From a virus, in IMG/VR virus record IMGVR_UViG_3300045482_000112, positions 4,328 through 68,327 of that record: a DNA stretch of 64,000 nt; one strand, given 5' to 3'. The position numbers were made by a program, and so were the translations under genes. This document shows positions 46,441-56,481 of this stretch, in pieces. Positions within the stretch are counted from its first letter, which is position 1; every line of letters starts with the position of its first letter. The notes beneath the pieces are model-generated. The model searched no databases, was not told the DNA's origin, and worked only from the letters and a program-made list of their open reading frames with translations.

Positions 46441-46830
46441 ATGTTGACCATTCAAGGTGTTGTTACCCCAGGAAAAGCAGAGTTCTTCAAAGGTCTGCAA
46501 TTCACCCCCAAGGGCCAGCCCTTCACCGAGCTGCGCATCAACCTCGGGGATAGCGACCGTCCGCGCTGGCATGGGGTCACGGTGTACGGTGCCGAGGCCC
46601 AGCTTACCGCCCTGCTAGACTCCCTCAAGAAGCCTGAGGGGGGACACACCAGCCTGCTGGTACGTGCCCCCGCCCAGCCCCGCACCTTCACCGCCTCCAT
46701 CCGCAATGCCGAAGGGGAGGTAACGGGGCAGAAGGAACTCCTCTCCTTCTCTACCAACTTCAACTCCCTCCAGGTATGGAGAAACGACATCCGCAGTTGG
46801 GTGGACTACGCCAACCAGCCCCTGTTCTAA
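46441..46830 (+). CDS. SSB-like OB-fold protein
   Basis: FTPKGQPFTELRI...WHGVTVYG..A resembles SSB. Confidence 0.6.
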   Translation: MLTIQGVVTPGKAEFFKGLQFTPKGQPFTELRINLGDSDRPRWHGVTVYGAEAQLTALLDSLKKPEGGHTSLLVRAPAQPRTFTASIRNAEGEVTGQKELLSFSTNFNSLQVWRNDIRSWVDYANQPLF

Positions 46831-46844
46831 GCCCACACTCCCAC

Positions 46845-46881
46845 GAGGGATAGGTGCCTGCTGCCTATCCCTCAACCTTTT
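46845..46881 (+). terminator. intrinsic terminator
   Basis: GAGGGATAGG...CCTATCCCTC then AACCTTTT. Confidence 0.55.
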
Positions 46882-46890
46882 GAGGTCTCT

Positions 46891-47430
46891 ATGTTGTCAG
46901 TCGCTCCTACGCCCGCCCTGGCTGCTTGGAAATTCCTTGGTGATGTGTACACGGCTCACCGTCACGCCAGAGACGTACTCCGCTACCTCGAGAAACATAC
47001 CCACCCGCAGGAGGACTTCCTTCCAAAAGACCTCATTCAGAAAATCCAGTATTTCCAGTTACAGGACACAAAACTACGCCTGGAGTTCTACCAGCTCACC
47101 CGCCTGTCCCAGAACTTCCAATCCCTACAACTCGCCGCTTACGCAGTTTGGGGGCACGCCCTGGAGTCCGACCGGCCTATCCCGGAAATGTCGGTACAGG
47201 AAACCGATACTTTCCTGTTCCCCACCCCCGCTGCCAACCTCCTGCGCCAGGCCATACGGTACACCCCCCAGGGGGAGGAGCTGCTAGAAGAAGCCCACGG
47301 ATGGCTGCAATATGCCATCGGTACCAACCCTCGCCAACTCGGCTGTGCTGACCCCATTCTCGGGCCAGTACGCGCCATCAAACTGCTTTTACCCACCTGG
47401 ATGGGGAAGCCTTATGAGACTAGCCATTGA
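46891..47430 (+). CDS. hypothetical protein
   Basis: GAGG RBS; overlaps amidase start. Confidence 0.7.
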   Translation: MLSVAPTPALAAWKFLGDVYTAHRHARDVLRYLEKHTHPQEDFLPKDLIQKIQYFQLQDTKLRLEFYQLTRLSQNFQSLQLAAYAVWGHALESDRPIPEMSVQETDTFLFPTPAANLLRQAIRYTPQGEELLEEAHGWLQYAIGTNPRQLGCADPILGPVRAIKLLLPTWMGKPYETSH

Positions 47431-47986
47431 CCCCGGTCACGGGATGAGCAACCGCACTGCGGGAGTACTGGACCCCGGTGCGGTACACGGCACCACCACC
47501 GAAGTTGAGGTGGCCCTGGCTATCGCCCTCACCCTCAACCACGTTTGTCAGGAACAGGGCATCTCCACCTGGCTGTCCCGCAGCAACAACAGCCAGCCCA
47601 CCCCACTTAACACCAGGGTGTCCCGGGCCTTGGCTGCCGGATGTACCCACCTCATCAGCATCCACCTCAATGCCGCCGCCTCCAGTCAGGCCAACGGCAC
47701 CGAGACCCTGTACGCCGACAGTGCCGACCTGGTACTGGCCCGTGATGTCCAGGCGGCTGCCCTGGCGGCCTGGGGCCTCAGGGACCGGGGCATCAAGCGG
47801 GAGAAGTCCCCCGAGTTTCCCGGAGACCTCCTCATCCTGGATAACCGTATTCGCGGAGTCCTGCTGGAAGTGGGCTTCATCTCCAACAACAGGGACCGCG
47901 AAGCCATGGCCAGCCGCGAGGCTCGCCTCACCTTCGCCCGCCAACTAGCTTCGAGGTTAAAACATTATGAACCGCTTGCAAAGTAA
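47414..47986 (+). CDS. N-acetylmuramoyl-L-alanine amidase (Amidase_3)
   Basis: IDPGHG, ISIHLNA, ANGTE, LLEVGFISN. Confidence 0.93.
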   Translation: MRLAIDPGHGMSNRTAGVLDPGAVHGTTTEVEVALAIALTLNHVCQEQGISTWLSRSNNSQPTPLNTRVSRALAAGCTHLISIHLNAAASSQANGTETLYADSADLVLARDVQAAALAAWGLRDRGIKREKSPEFPGDLLILDNRIRGVLLEVGFISNNRDREAMASREARLTFARQLASRLKHYEPLAK

Positions 47987-48179
47987 CCTGGAAATTCTCA
48001 AGCGTCTAGAGGAACATGTACGTCGCCATCCCACCATACGACTGGGGCAGGCCATGGTCAACCTGGGCGTAGTGCAGATGCAGTCCCACGGGGTTGTCCT
48101 ATGCGCCTGCGACCCCTTTATGGAGGAGCCCCAGGACACCCTGGCCCGCATGAAGCTACGGGACCCCATCCCCGTATGA
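47967..48179 (+). CDS. hypothetical protein
   Basis: HPTIRLGQA...DPF.EE small phage protein; coupled. Confidence 0.65.
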   Translation: MNRLQSNLEILKRLEEHVRRHPTIRLGQAMVNLGVVQMQSHGVVLCACDPFMEEPQDTLARMKLRDPIPV

Positions 48180-48595
48180 GACTCCTGCCCCTGCTGTTCC
48201 TCCTGGCCCTGCCCCTGCCCACTCTTCCCGCCCCCTCCCTGCTGCAATTCCAGCCCCTGCCTCCAGCACCCACCTACACCCTGCTGGAGGTCACTCTAAC
48301 CGCCTATAACTCCCTGCCCTACCAAACCGACAGTACCCCCCACATCACTGCCAGCAGTACCCGCACCCGTCCCGGAGTGGTAGCGGTGTCTCGAGACCTG
48401 CTACGAGTCTTCCCCTACGGCACCCGAGCCCGCATCCTCTCCCACACCTGCGGTACCCGCCCACCCAACTCCCACCTCATCGTGGAAGACACCATGCACC
48501 GTCGCAAACAAAACCAGGTGGACATCTGGATGCCTAGCTACTCCCAGGCCATCCAGTGGGGGCGGTGTAAAGGGACGGTGAAGTTCTATGAGTAG
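48176..48595 (+). CDS. secreted 3D-domain (MltA-like) protein
   Basis: Signal peptide; TAYNS..QTDSTP.ITAS, VAVSRD, PYGT, VEDT, VDIWM, AIQWGR. Confidence 0.85.
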   Translation: MRLLPLLFLLALPLPTLPAPSLLQFQPLPPAPTYTLLEVTLTAYNSLPYQTDSTPHITASSTRTRPGVVAVSRDLLRVFPYGTRARILSHTCGTRPPNSHLIVEDTMHRRKQNQVDIWMPSYSQAIQWGRCKGTVKFYE

Positions 48596-49181
48596 CCTGG
48601 ACCGTCTCATAGCCCCCTGGGCAGAGATAATCCCCTACCCTATACAACAGCCCCCCCCAGGACAAACCGCCCTGCTGGAGGTCCCCTTACTAACCTACCT
48701 CGACCACAACAAGGTGAGGAGGTCCTTGCTTCCCCTGGGCCCAAACTTGGCCCTTACCACCACATGGACCTTGGCCGACATCGAACACCTGCCCCACGGT
48801 GTCAGTAGAACCCTGTTGTTGCCCCCGACAGACGTGTCCCCCAACCTGCGGGTTATCTGGGCCAGCGACGGATGGCGCCACATAGCCCCCAGCCCCTACC
48901 TGGAAGTCAGCGAAGACGTTGTACTGTTCGACCATTCGGAAATGCGTATCGCTGTTATTCCAGGCCGGGTAGGCAATGTACTCAGAGCCCCAGAGTCGTT
49001 CTACCCCGAGAAGTATAACTTTACCACCTCGCACCAGTCCGTCGCTCTGGTCTATACGGAGGCCCCATACCAGGCCCAACTGCGCATAGGTGACCAGGGG
49101 ACCTGGCCCGCCGCTGGAGAGCCTCCCTACCCAAACCCATCACCATCGCAAACTTTCTGGATAAACTCACCTTACGGATAG
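48588..49181 (+). CDS. hypothetical protein, paralogue family member
   Basis: LLPLGPNLAL, SFYPE. Confidence 0.7.
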   Translation: MSSLDRLIAPWAEIIPYPIQQPPPGQTALLEVPLLTYLDHNKVRRSLLPLGPNLALTTTWTLADIEHLPHGVSRTLLLPPTDVSPNLRVIWASDGWRHIAPSPYLEVSEDVVLFDHSEMRIAVIPGRVGNVLRAPESFYPEKYNFTTSHQSVALVYTEAPYQAQLRIGDQGTWPAAGEPPYPNPSPSQTFWINSPYG

Positions 49182-49229
49182 GAAAGACCCTGAAGAGGTC
49201 GGGAGTCCAGATATTTGCAGAGAGGCTTT

Positions 49230-49883
49230 ATGTCCATAGACCTAGCGTTTTGGAACAAACACATCCAGAGTCTGGCCTCGGGCCGAGTTCTGGTCGAAGA
49301 GGAGTCCCATTACCGCAAAGACCTGCCTCCACTCATACGGATTCAGGACATCCCTAACGGAAACGCCTACTACCTCCTGCAGCTCTCCCCCAACCTGGCC
49401 CTACAAGCTACCGAATTCGCCCTGATGCACCCGCCGCACGCCAGCTTCCCCATTAACGACTACTACGTAAAAGCAACCACCTTCCACCTATTCACCAGGA
49501 TGTGGTTCCCAGAGGGGTTTGAACATATACAGCCCAGCCCCTGGGTCAGGATAGCCCCCCACGTGATACACATCAACCTTCCCTACCTGAACCTCTTCCT
49601 GTTTCAGGTGCGGGTACCCGATGAGCATCTGCTACTGACCTCCTTCTATCCGGAGCAGTACGCCCTGGGAAACCACCCCACGGAGTTATTGTTGTACAGC
49701 GAGTCCAATGTTCGCCAGGAACTGCTCACCTCCACCCGGCGCACCCTCTACGCCTGGTCCACCCCCATGCCGGGGGACGTGACCGCCAAGAACTTCATCG
49801 ACCGCCTCGCCACCCGAATGGCCAGAAGTTTCGGGGGCCGAGGAAAAAGCCTGTTCCCCGAACGAGCCTTCACCTGGAGATAA
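49230..49883 (+). CDS. hypothetical protein, paralogue family member
   Basis: LLQLSPNLAL, WFPEG, SFYPE. Confidence 0.7.
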   Translation: MSIDLAFWNKHIQSLASGRVLVEEESHYRKDLPPLIRIQDIPNGNAYYLLQLSPNLALQATEFALMHPPHASFPINDYYVKATTFHLFTRMWFPEGFEHIQPSPWVRIAPHVIHINLPYLNLFLFQVRVPDEHLLLTSFYPEQYALGNHPTELLLYSESNVRQELLTSTRRTLYAWSTPMPGDVTAKNFIDRLATRMARSFGGRGKSLFPERAFTWR

Positions 49884-49885
49884 CC

Positions 49886-50302
49886 ATGGTCAAAACCGTG
49901 CAAGAGATGCAGTCCTGGCTGAAAGAACAGGGCTGGAGCACCCCCAAGGTACTGCAGGAGAGTCTGGACTGGTACACCCAATTGGTAGACGAGTCTACCC
50001 TCATCCTCCACACCGATGAAGAAGCCGCCATCTACACCCGAAACGAGGAAGGCTGGCCCCTCAATGATGTACAACTGCGCTACATGGCCCCCCTCGGAGT
50101 AAACCTCTCGTTCGGGGAACTCTGGCTGGCCCTGAACCGTTTCTACAGTCGTACCCCAAGCATCGACGAGATGCGTGCCATCGGTATTCTGGAACGAGGG
50201 AATGCCTCTCCCGCCATGCAGGCCGAATGCGCCCGCAGAATGCCCGCCATTCTCAACCCGGCTATGCAGGTGGTCCTTTCCGACTGGATGGAGACCCTGT
50301 GA
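49886..50302 (+). CDS. hypothetical protein
   Basis: GGAG RBS; coupled. Confidence 0.7.
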   Translation: MVKTVQEMQSWLKEQGWSTPKVLQESLDWYTQLVDESTLILHTDEEAAIYTRNEEGWPLNDVQLRYMAPLGVNLSFGELWLALNRFYSRTPSIDEMRAIGILERGNASPAMQAECARRMPAILNPAMQVVLSDWMETL

Positions 50303-50985
50303 CCCCCGCCCAGTGGTGCTACGAAGCGGGCCTCACCAACCCGGTATACGACATTACCCAGTTCCCCAACGAGGGGCAGTTACTCGAGTTCACCCAGTTA
50401 TACTACGAACAAAAAGACGGGGCCACCTTCGTGCACGAGGTCCGTGGGAGCGCCCACTTCCTGCCTAACGGGAAAATATACTACTTGAAGGAGATACGCC
50501 AGCGAACCCTGGGACTCCTCTACCCACTCAACGACCATCTGGCCCTGGCACATCTCGACCCCCGGCACCCCCTGCCAGGAGAGGTGTACTTCATGCCCCC
50601 CCTGGAGATACCCATCAACAAAAAACCCTACTCCTCTACGCACTGGCGACTCTGGGCCCCCTTCGGTCTGCGGGCCGTGCCTGCGGTAGACGGGGTACGG
50701 GTGGAGGACACCTCGATAAACGTCCGCCTGCCCTCTATACAGTTTACGGTAGGACGTCTCGAGGACGGGGTGTGTCGAGAACTGGGCCTTCCCGCCCAGC
50801 GTAATCAAATATTGGCGCTGGTCTCCTCCCCCCAGGGCACCAACCTATACAACCTGGAAACCCAAACTGTCCTGGCCACCGGACCCCACAAGCCCATCAC
50901 CTACACCAGCCTCTACCGCGAGCTTAAGGAGGAACTGTGTATATTCTCAAGCCTACGCCCCAGTACCTGCAATTCCCCAGCGTGA
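50299..50985 (+). CDS. hypothetical protein, paralogue family member
   Basis: LYPLNDHLAL, LWAPFG; GTGA coupling. Confidence 0.65.
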   Translation: MTPAQWCYEAGLTNPVYDITQFPNEGQLLEFTQLYYEQKDGATFVHEVRGSAHFLPNGKIYYLKEIRQRTLGLLYPLNDHLALAHLDPRHPLPGEVYFMPPLEIPINKKPYSSTHWRLWAPFGLRAVPAVDGVRVEDTSINVRLPSIQFTVGRLEDGVCRELGLPAQRNQILALVSSPQGTNLYNLETQTVLATGPHKPITYTSLYRELKEELCIFSSLRPSTCNSPA

Positions 50986-51518
50986 CCAGCATCCGGCTGG
51001 ACCTGCTGTGCAGTGTCCGGGGAGAGATAATGACCGCCACCCAGTCCATCTCGGTCTCCGCCGACCATATCGGCGCTCACGACCATCCCATGCTCACCCC
51101 TTGCATCCAGGACCAGTTAGACCCGGATGGGTTTGCCGTCCTGCACAGGATGGACTGGTTCCAGCCCCACGCGGATGCAGTAGTACTCCCCCTACCTGCC
51201 CAGTACCACAGTAAAGCTATTCTATTCGACCCCAACAAGGACATCGATAACGCCAAACTCAACAGTACCTTGGGCAAATATCACTCGAGCTTACTGGCCC
51301 ATGTAGCCCAGACCCCTCACGGAAAACTCTACTGGGCTTTTTCATACAGGAAGGGCCGCCACTACATCCAAGAGGTGCGCCAGAACCAAATAACCTACTG
51401 GTTCAATCACCGGGTGGCTTACTGTCGCATCTCCCCCTCAACCATCAACCTAATGCACCGCAAAGGCGGGCTTGACGTCAAAGTAACCCAGCATATCCTG
51501 GAACACGTAGTCGTCTAG
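50937..51518 (+). CDS. hypothetical protein
   Basis: AAGGAGG RBS before GTG. Confidence 0.7.
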   Translation: MYILKPTPQYLQFPSVTSIRLDLLCSVRGEIMTATQSISVSADHIGAHDHPMLTPCIQDQLDPDGFAVLHRMDWFQPHADAVVLPLPAQYHSKAILFDPNKDIDNAKLNSTLGKYHSSLLAHVAQTPHGKLYWAFSYRKGRHYIQEVRQNQITYWFNHRVAYCRISPSTINLMHRKGGLDVKVTQHILEHVVV

Positions 51519-51535
51519 CACCCACTGGAGCGCCC

Positions 51536-52309
51536 ATGAATGAAAAGGACTGGCCCCTGTTGTACCAACTGGCGGTCCACCTGCCACCCTTCCTGGTTAA
51601 AGCTGCAGCCAGCGAAACCCCGTTTACCGACCTCCTCTACGAGCCCATCGAACACCCCATCCCCCACTACCACCTGAGAACCCGAGTCCTCAAGCTGCGG
51701 GTAGAGGACCAGTATGTGCAGGGGGTCTACAACCGGCACATAGTGGACCGCGCCCTCCTGTACCCCCTGGGTCCCAAAGCCGCCCTGGTCACCACCTCCG
51801 AAAATGCCGTACTGCCAGGGCTGTCTATCCGCCTCACCTCAAATACCCTACACGCCATAACTCGAGACCGAGGCCACCCCACCAAACTCTGGCTTCCCGA
51901 AGGACCCGAAGCGGGTCTTCCCGGCATCCCCGGAGTCTCCTGGTACCCCGAGTACGGGGTAGCCACCTTCCAGGTCTTGGGCCTGATGGTGGTCCTCTTT
52001 GCGGCCCGGTTCCTCCCTGGGCAGGAGCATAAGCTCAACCCGGCCATACTCTCCTTCTACCCGGAATTCCACGCCAAGAATGCCTTTGTCGAACATCCTC
52101 CAGGCTGGTTGGCCCTGGTCCGCACCTCCACAAACGAGGTACTGACCCGCTCCGACCTCGCGGAGAACCCGGCCTGGACCTGGGATATGCCCAAAACCCC
52201 CCTGCCCACCCAGCCCGAAGAGCTACTCCGCTACCTGGAAGTCCGGGTCTCCAGAACAGTTAAACAATCATCCAAAGGACTCTTCGCACACCGTTCACTG
52301 ACCCTGTAG
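51536..52309 (+). CDS. hypothetical protein, paralogue family member
   Basis: LYPLGPKAAL, LWLPEG, SFYPE. Confidence 0.7.
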   Translation: MNEKDWPLLYQLAVHLPPFLVKAAASETPFTDLLYEPIEHPIPHYHLRTRVLKLRVEDQYVQGVYNRHIVDRALLYPLGPKAALVTTSENAVLPGLSIRLTSNTLHAITRDRGHPTKLWLPEGPEAGLPGIPGVSWYPEYGVATFQVLGLMVVLFAARFLPGQEHKLNPAILSFYPEFHAKNAFVEHPPGWLALVRTSTNEVLTRSDLAENPAWTWDMPKTPLPTQPEELLRYLEVRVSRTVKQSSKGLFAHRSLTL

Positions 52310-52316
52310 GAGAGTC

Positions 52317-52811
52317 ATGCTAACTCTTAACACACACCCCGTCCTGAACCCCCACAACTCCCCCGTCGAGGTGTCCCTGCTGTACGAGGACTCCTCTGGC
52401 CTGTACCTGCGTACCAGCACCATCGTCACGGGAAACCTGCACCAGACCCTCCACCACACCCAACGGTTCCTGGGCCACCAGCGAGAGGGGGTAGCCCTGG
52501 TAAACGACCTCCACCTTTTCCACCTGAACTCGAGCTGGTACCTGTTCACCTTAGAGGACTACACCCTCATCATCAACCCCAGCTACCCTCTCGACCTCAA
52601 ATGGACCCAGCAGTACCTGCCCAGAGGGTACATTGCAGGGGTGACCCCCTCCAACGCCTTCTGGGTGGCCCACCTGCCCGCCCCGGCCTGTCTCGAGTAC
52701 CGCGCCGAGAACTGTTCCGGTACCCTACCCCTTGACCCCGCCGCCCTGTCTCAGAACCCCCTGGACACCTACCTATCGCAGTTGTTAGAAGCCCACCTGG
52801 AGTCCCTATGA
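52317..52811 (+). CDS. hypothetical protein
   Basis: AGGAG RBS; ATGA coupling to ATPase. Confidence 0.7.
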   Translation: MLTLNTHPVLNPHNSPVEVSLLYEDSSGLYLRTSTIVTGNLHQTLHHTQRFLGHQREGVALVNDLHLFHLNSSWYLFTLEDYTLIINPSYPLDLKWTQQYLPRGYIAGVTPSNAFWVAHLPAPACLEYRAENCSGTLPLDPAALSQNPLDTYLSQLLEAHLESL

Positions 52812-53878
52812 CCATCACCAAAGCTGCTGCCACCCTTCTCAAAGTCCTCAAAGCCAACACCGCCCGCAAGCGGGGAGAGTACAAGCTGACCCCCATGCTC
52901 TGGGGACCCCCCGGAGTGGGCAAGTCCGCAGTGGTGCGCCAGGCCATGCGCCACCTCAACGAGTACGCCCTCAAGGACCTGCGCCTGTCCACCATGCTTC
53001 CCGTGGACGTGCGGGGGGTTCCGGCCCTGCCCAAGGACACCGATGCTCCTGACGCCCGGTTCCGCTTCATCCCCCCGGAGTTCCTGCCCCAGGACTCCCA
53101 GAAGACCCTACTCTTCTTCGATGAAGTGAACACGGCCCCTCCATCCAACCAGGTAGTGGCCTACGAAATAGCCCTGGACTACGCCATGGGGGGACACCCC
53201 CTGCCGGAAGGAACCCTGGTCGTCCTGGCCGGAAACCGTACCGAGGACAAGGGGGCTACCTTCGATATGCCCGCCCCCCTGGCCAACCGCCTGCTGCACA
53301 TCCAGGTGGAGCCGGATGTGGACTCCTTCTTTGACTACGGCATCGAGCGTAACCTCAACCCCATGGTACTGGGCTTCCTGAAATTCCGCCGTCCCCTGCT
53401 GTACGTACCCCCCAGCGGCAAGGAGAAAGCCTTCCCTACCCCCAGGAGCTGGGAGTTTGTCTCCATCCTCTTGCAGGCCGAAAGCATGGACCACCAGCGG
53501 GTGGACGTGGAGTTACTGGCTGGAGTTGTAGGTCAAGGGGCCGCTACCGAGTTTGCCTCCTACATCAAGATGCACAAACACCTGCCCGACCTGGACGCCA
53601 TCCTGGACAAGGGGGGCGTGTTCACCCACCAGGAGGACAGCGTTAAGTATGCTTACCTTATCGGGTTGACCGCCCGGTTCATGGAGCGACCCACCGAAAA
53701 ACGGGCCAATCACTACGTCACTGCCCTCACTACCCTCCCCGAGGAACTGCAGGCCATGGGCGTGTACATGACCCGCAGCCCCCACAAACCCTCCAACGCC
53801 CTGGTCCACGTCACCAAGGCCCCCGACTTCATTAAAATACGGGATGCGGTACGGGGCGTACTGTCCCCCGAAAGCTGA
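52808..53878 (+). CDS. MoxR-like AAA+ ATPase
   Basis: WGPPGVGKS, DVRGVP, LFFDEVN, AGNR, PLANR, FPTPRSWE. Confidence 0.9.
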   Translation: MTITKAAATLLKVLKANTARKRGEYKLTPMLWGPPGVGKSAVVRQAMRHLNEYALKDLRLSTMLPVDVRGVPALPKDTDAPDARFRFIPPEFLPQDSQKTLLFFDEVNTAPPSNQVVAYEIALDYAMGGHPLPEGTLVVLAGNRTEDKGATFDMPAPLANRLLHIQVEPDVDSFFDYGIERNLNPMVLGFLKFRRPLLYVPPSGKEKAFPTPRSWEFVSILLQAESMDHQRVDVELLAGVVGQGAATEFASYIKMHKHLPDLDAILDKGGVFTHQEDSVKYAYLIGLTARFMERPTEKRANHYVTALTTLPEELQAMGVYMTRSPHKPSNALVHVTKAPDFIKIRDAVRGVLSPES

Positions 53879-53886
53879 AGGTGCCC

Positions 53887-54249
53887 ATGGATGTCCCAAG
53901 TGAACTACAACCATACCTGGTCTACGACACAGCGAAAAGCCAGCCCCCCAACCAGCTAACCCCCCTGTGCAGGGGGCAGGTCCGACGCCTCTTGTTCAAG
54001 CTGCGAGAAACCTTCGCCCTAGAAGTCGTCATCCGATACAGGAGTTACCCCACCTATCCCGCTCAAATGTTTGTACGGGCAATAGGCTGGAACGGTCACA
54101 GATGGGTTCACCTGGGACGCAGGAACCGGACACTGAAAGGACCTCCCCGCATGGAGCCCATCCTGCGGGACTTCATGGGTCAGCGAGACCCCCAGTTTCG
54201 GGCTGAAAAGCAGGAGCCGTTCCCCCCAGATTACCGCTTCTACTTCTAG
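53887..54249 (+). CDS. hypothetical protein
   Basis: In-operon ORF. Confidence 0.6.
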   Translation: MDVPSELQPYLVYDTAKSQPPNQLTPLCRGQVRRLLFKLRETFALEVVIRYRSYPTYPAQMFVRAIGWNGHRWVHLGRRNRTLKGPPRMEPILRDFMGQRDPQFRAEKQEPFPPDYRFYF

Positions 54250-54257
54250 GGTGCCCT

Positions 54258-54578
54258 ATGCAGAACTTCAACGCCCTGCTCTGGAGCTCCCACATCCCGG
54301 AAAGCTGGTTCCAGTACTGCATAGGCTCGAACTGTAAGGGCCTGGGATTCCAGCTCAATAACGCTCGAATCTGGGTCACCTACAGCCAAACCAGGGACTA
54401 CAATGTCCGCATGGAATACCGCCACAGAATAACCAGAGCCTGGAGAACCTTCTTCAGAACCCACTGTTTCAAGGATGAGCTGCCCAAAATCTATCAGAGT
54501 GCCCTGTACCTGCTGAAGCACCACTACCAGGACCTGGCCCACCAGGAGACTCCCCATGACCCCGGAACAGAAACTTAA
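54258..54578 (+). CDS. hypothetical protein
   Basis: In-operon ORF. Confidence 0.6.
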   Translation: MQNFNALLWSSHIPESWFQYCIGSNCKGLGFQLNNARIWVTYSQTRDYNVRMEYRHRITRAWRTFFRTHCFKDELPKIYQSALYLLKHHYQDLAHQETPHDPGTET

Positions 54579-55668
54579 GTTTGCCCGTACCATTCTCCCC
54601 ACAGTGGAGCCTTTCTATGGCTCCCTGGTGTTCAATGCCCGCACCGAGTTTGTGGACGAACCCGGTACCGCCTGGACCGATGGGAAAACCATCAAATTCA
54701 GCCGGGAGTTCGCGGAAGAACTCACCCGCGAAGAATTTACCGGAGTCCTGTTACACGAGGTACTGCACGTTGCGTACCTGCACATCCCCCGGCTAAGGAG
54801 TGGGGGCCTCAACCCCCTAAAGTGGAATTACGCCACCGACTACGTGATAAACCTGCAGATACAGAAGCTGACAGACGGCTACTCCAACTCCCGTCGCAAG
54901 GACATTATCCTACCCAAAGGTTGTCTCTATGACGCCAAGTTCGAGGGCATGTCCGCCGAACAGGTCTATGCCCTACTGTCCGATAGCCCGAGCAACCCCT
55001 CCGACACCCTTAACGGAGACCTTCAAAAGGAGCAGGTCTCAGGCGAGGAACTTCAACAGGCCGCCGAGGAGTGGAGAGGGCTCGTAGCCCAGGCTGCCAA
55101 TCAGGCCCGAATGCGAGGTACCTTACCTGCCGGGGCGGACCGGGAACTGCATGACCTCCTCTACCCCAAGATAGACTGGAGGGAACGCCTCAAACAATTC
55201 CTGCAAACCTTCCCCATTGACTACGACTACATGCACCGGGACCGCAGGTTCCTCCACAGCCGGGTTATCATCCCCTCCCTGACCGGCGAGAGACTCACCG
55301 GGGTTCTGGCCATCGACACCTCGGGCTCCATCGACGAAGACCAGGTACGCCAGTTCATGAGTGAGGTTTACTCAGTGGTGGAGAGCTTCGCCCGTGTAGA
55401 CCTATGGGTTTTATGCTGCGACACCGAAGTGCTGAACCCCCAGCAGATAACCACCCGCAAAGAGTTGGAGGGATACCAGCTTACAGGGAGGGGCGGTACC
55501 CGCTTTGAGCCGGTATTCCAGTGGGTGGAGACAGAGCAGCCCGGCACCTCCTTCGTGGTCTACTTCACGGACGGACACGGCTCCTTTGGGGATGCGCCGG
55601 ATGTACCCACCCTGTGGGTCATGACCACCGACACCATTCCACCTTTCGGTAACCACTGTCGTCTGTAG
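54556..55668 (+). CDS. metallopeptidase-vWA protein (DUF2201-like)
   Basis: TAWTDG, HEVLH, WNYATDYVIN, MIDAS DTSGS, GRGGT.F, YFTDG. Confidence 0.9.
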   Translation: MTPEQKLKFARTILPTVEPFYGSLVFNARTEFVDEPGTAWTDGKTIKFSREFAEELTREEFTGVLLHEVLHVAYLHIPRLRSGGLNPLKWNYATDYVINLQIQKLTDGYSNSRRKDIILPKGCLYDAKFEGMSAEQVYALLSDSPSNPSDTLNGDLQKEQVSGEELQQAAEEWRGLVAQAANQARMRGTLPAGADRELHDLLYPKIDWRERLKQFLQTFPIDYDYMHRDRRFLHSRVIIPSLTGERLTGVLAIDTSGSIDEDQVRQFMSEVYSVVESFARVDLWVLCCDTEVLNPQQITTRKELEGYQLTGRGGTRFEPVFQWVETEQPGTSFVVYFTDGHGSFGDAPDVPTLWVMTTDTIPPFGNHCRL

Positions 55669-55680
55669 GAAAGGAGACAA

Positions 55681-55706
55681 GACAGGGGCTTCGGTCCCTG
55701 TCTTTT
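55681..55706 (+). terminator. intrinsic terminator
   Basis: GACAGGGGC-TTCG-GTCCCTGTC-TTTT. Confidence 0.8.
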
Positions 55707-55709
55707 GCT

Positions 55710-56423
55710 ATGGTTTTTACCCTGACTGCCAGTAACTTCGAGTATGCCCGAGCATTCAGCGAAGGCCCCCATGCCTACTCCACCACCCTGAAGCTGACCA
55801 ACAAAACCTTCGGCCTATTAAAGCACGCCCCATCCACCTTCCTGAAAAGACTGGCCCGCCAGTTGATGAAGGTAGGACGGGAAACAGTGCCTGTCGAAAA
55901 AATCTCCGACGCCCCTGCCCGCTACGGCCTACACATCAGACTCACCGGTCCCTGCACGAAAACCGAGTACCTGTTCCTGCCCTCGTACCTCATTCACGCC
56001 ACCGGACAGGATTACTATCGCAACACCGCCCATATAGTACGCTTCTTGTTTCAGGTCCTGGTGCGAATCTACTCCCCCTACTATAGGCATACCCGCACCG
56101 AGGCCCCATACACCTACCGTAACAAGGGGGACCAGGTGTACATGAATTACGGAGGAAAGGGCCAGATTCGCATCACCCCCAAAGAACAGCTTATTCGCTA
56201 CACTTACACCCACCTCAGCGCCTATAAACCCCACGCCCTGGTCTACCGACTGATGAACCAGTACCCCCACTGGACCCACGAGATAAACGTGCAGGGAGTA
56301 ACCCACCCCCAGGTTTTCCACCACCATTTGGAGAACCTGAAAGTGGCTTCCCACCTGACCGGAGGCGACGTGTGGATACGGAAATTCCTGCCCCAGACCC
56401 CCCCTGACGAACTCCCCTTCTGA
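55710..56423 (+). CDS. hypothetical protein
   Basis: 237-aa ORF with typical codon pattern. Confidence 0.65.
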   Translation: MVFTLTASNFEYARAFSEGPHAYSTTLKLTNKTFGLLKHAPSTFLKRLARQLMKVGRETVPVEKISDAPARYGLHIRLTGPCTKTEYLFLPSYLIHATGQDYYRNTAHIVRFLFQVLVRIYSPYYRHTRTEAPYTYRNKGDQVYMNYGGKGQIRITPKEQLIRYTYTHLSAYKPHALVYRLMNQYPHWTHEINVQGVTHPQVFHHHLENLKVASHLTGGDVWIRKFLPQTPPDELPF

Positions 56424-56481
56424 TACCCCAGTCCCGCCCCCACCCCTGGTAGAATGGAGGTACTTCCCTGCTGGAGGCCCG

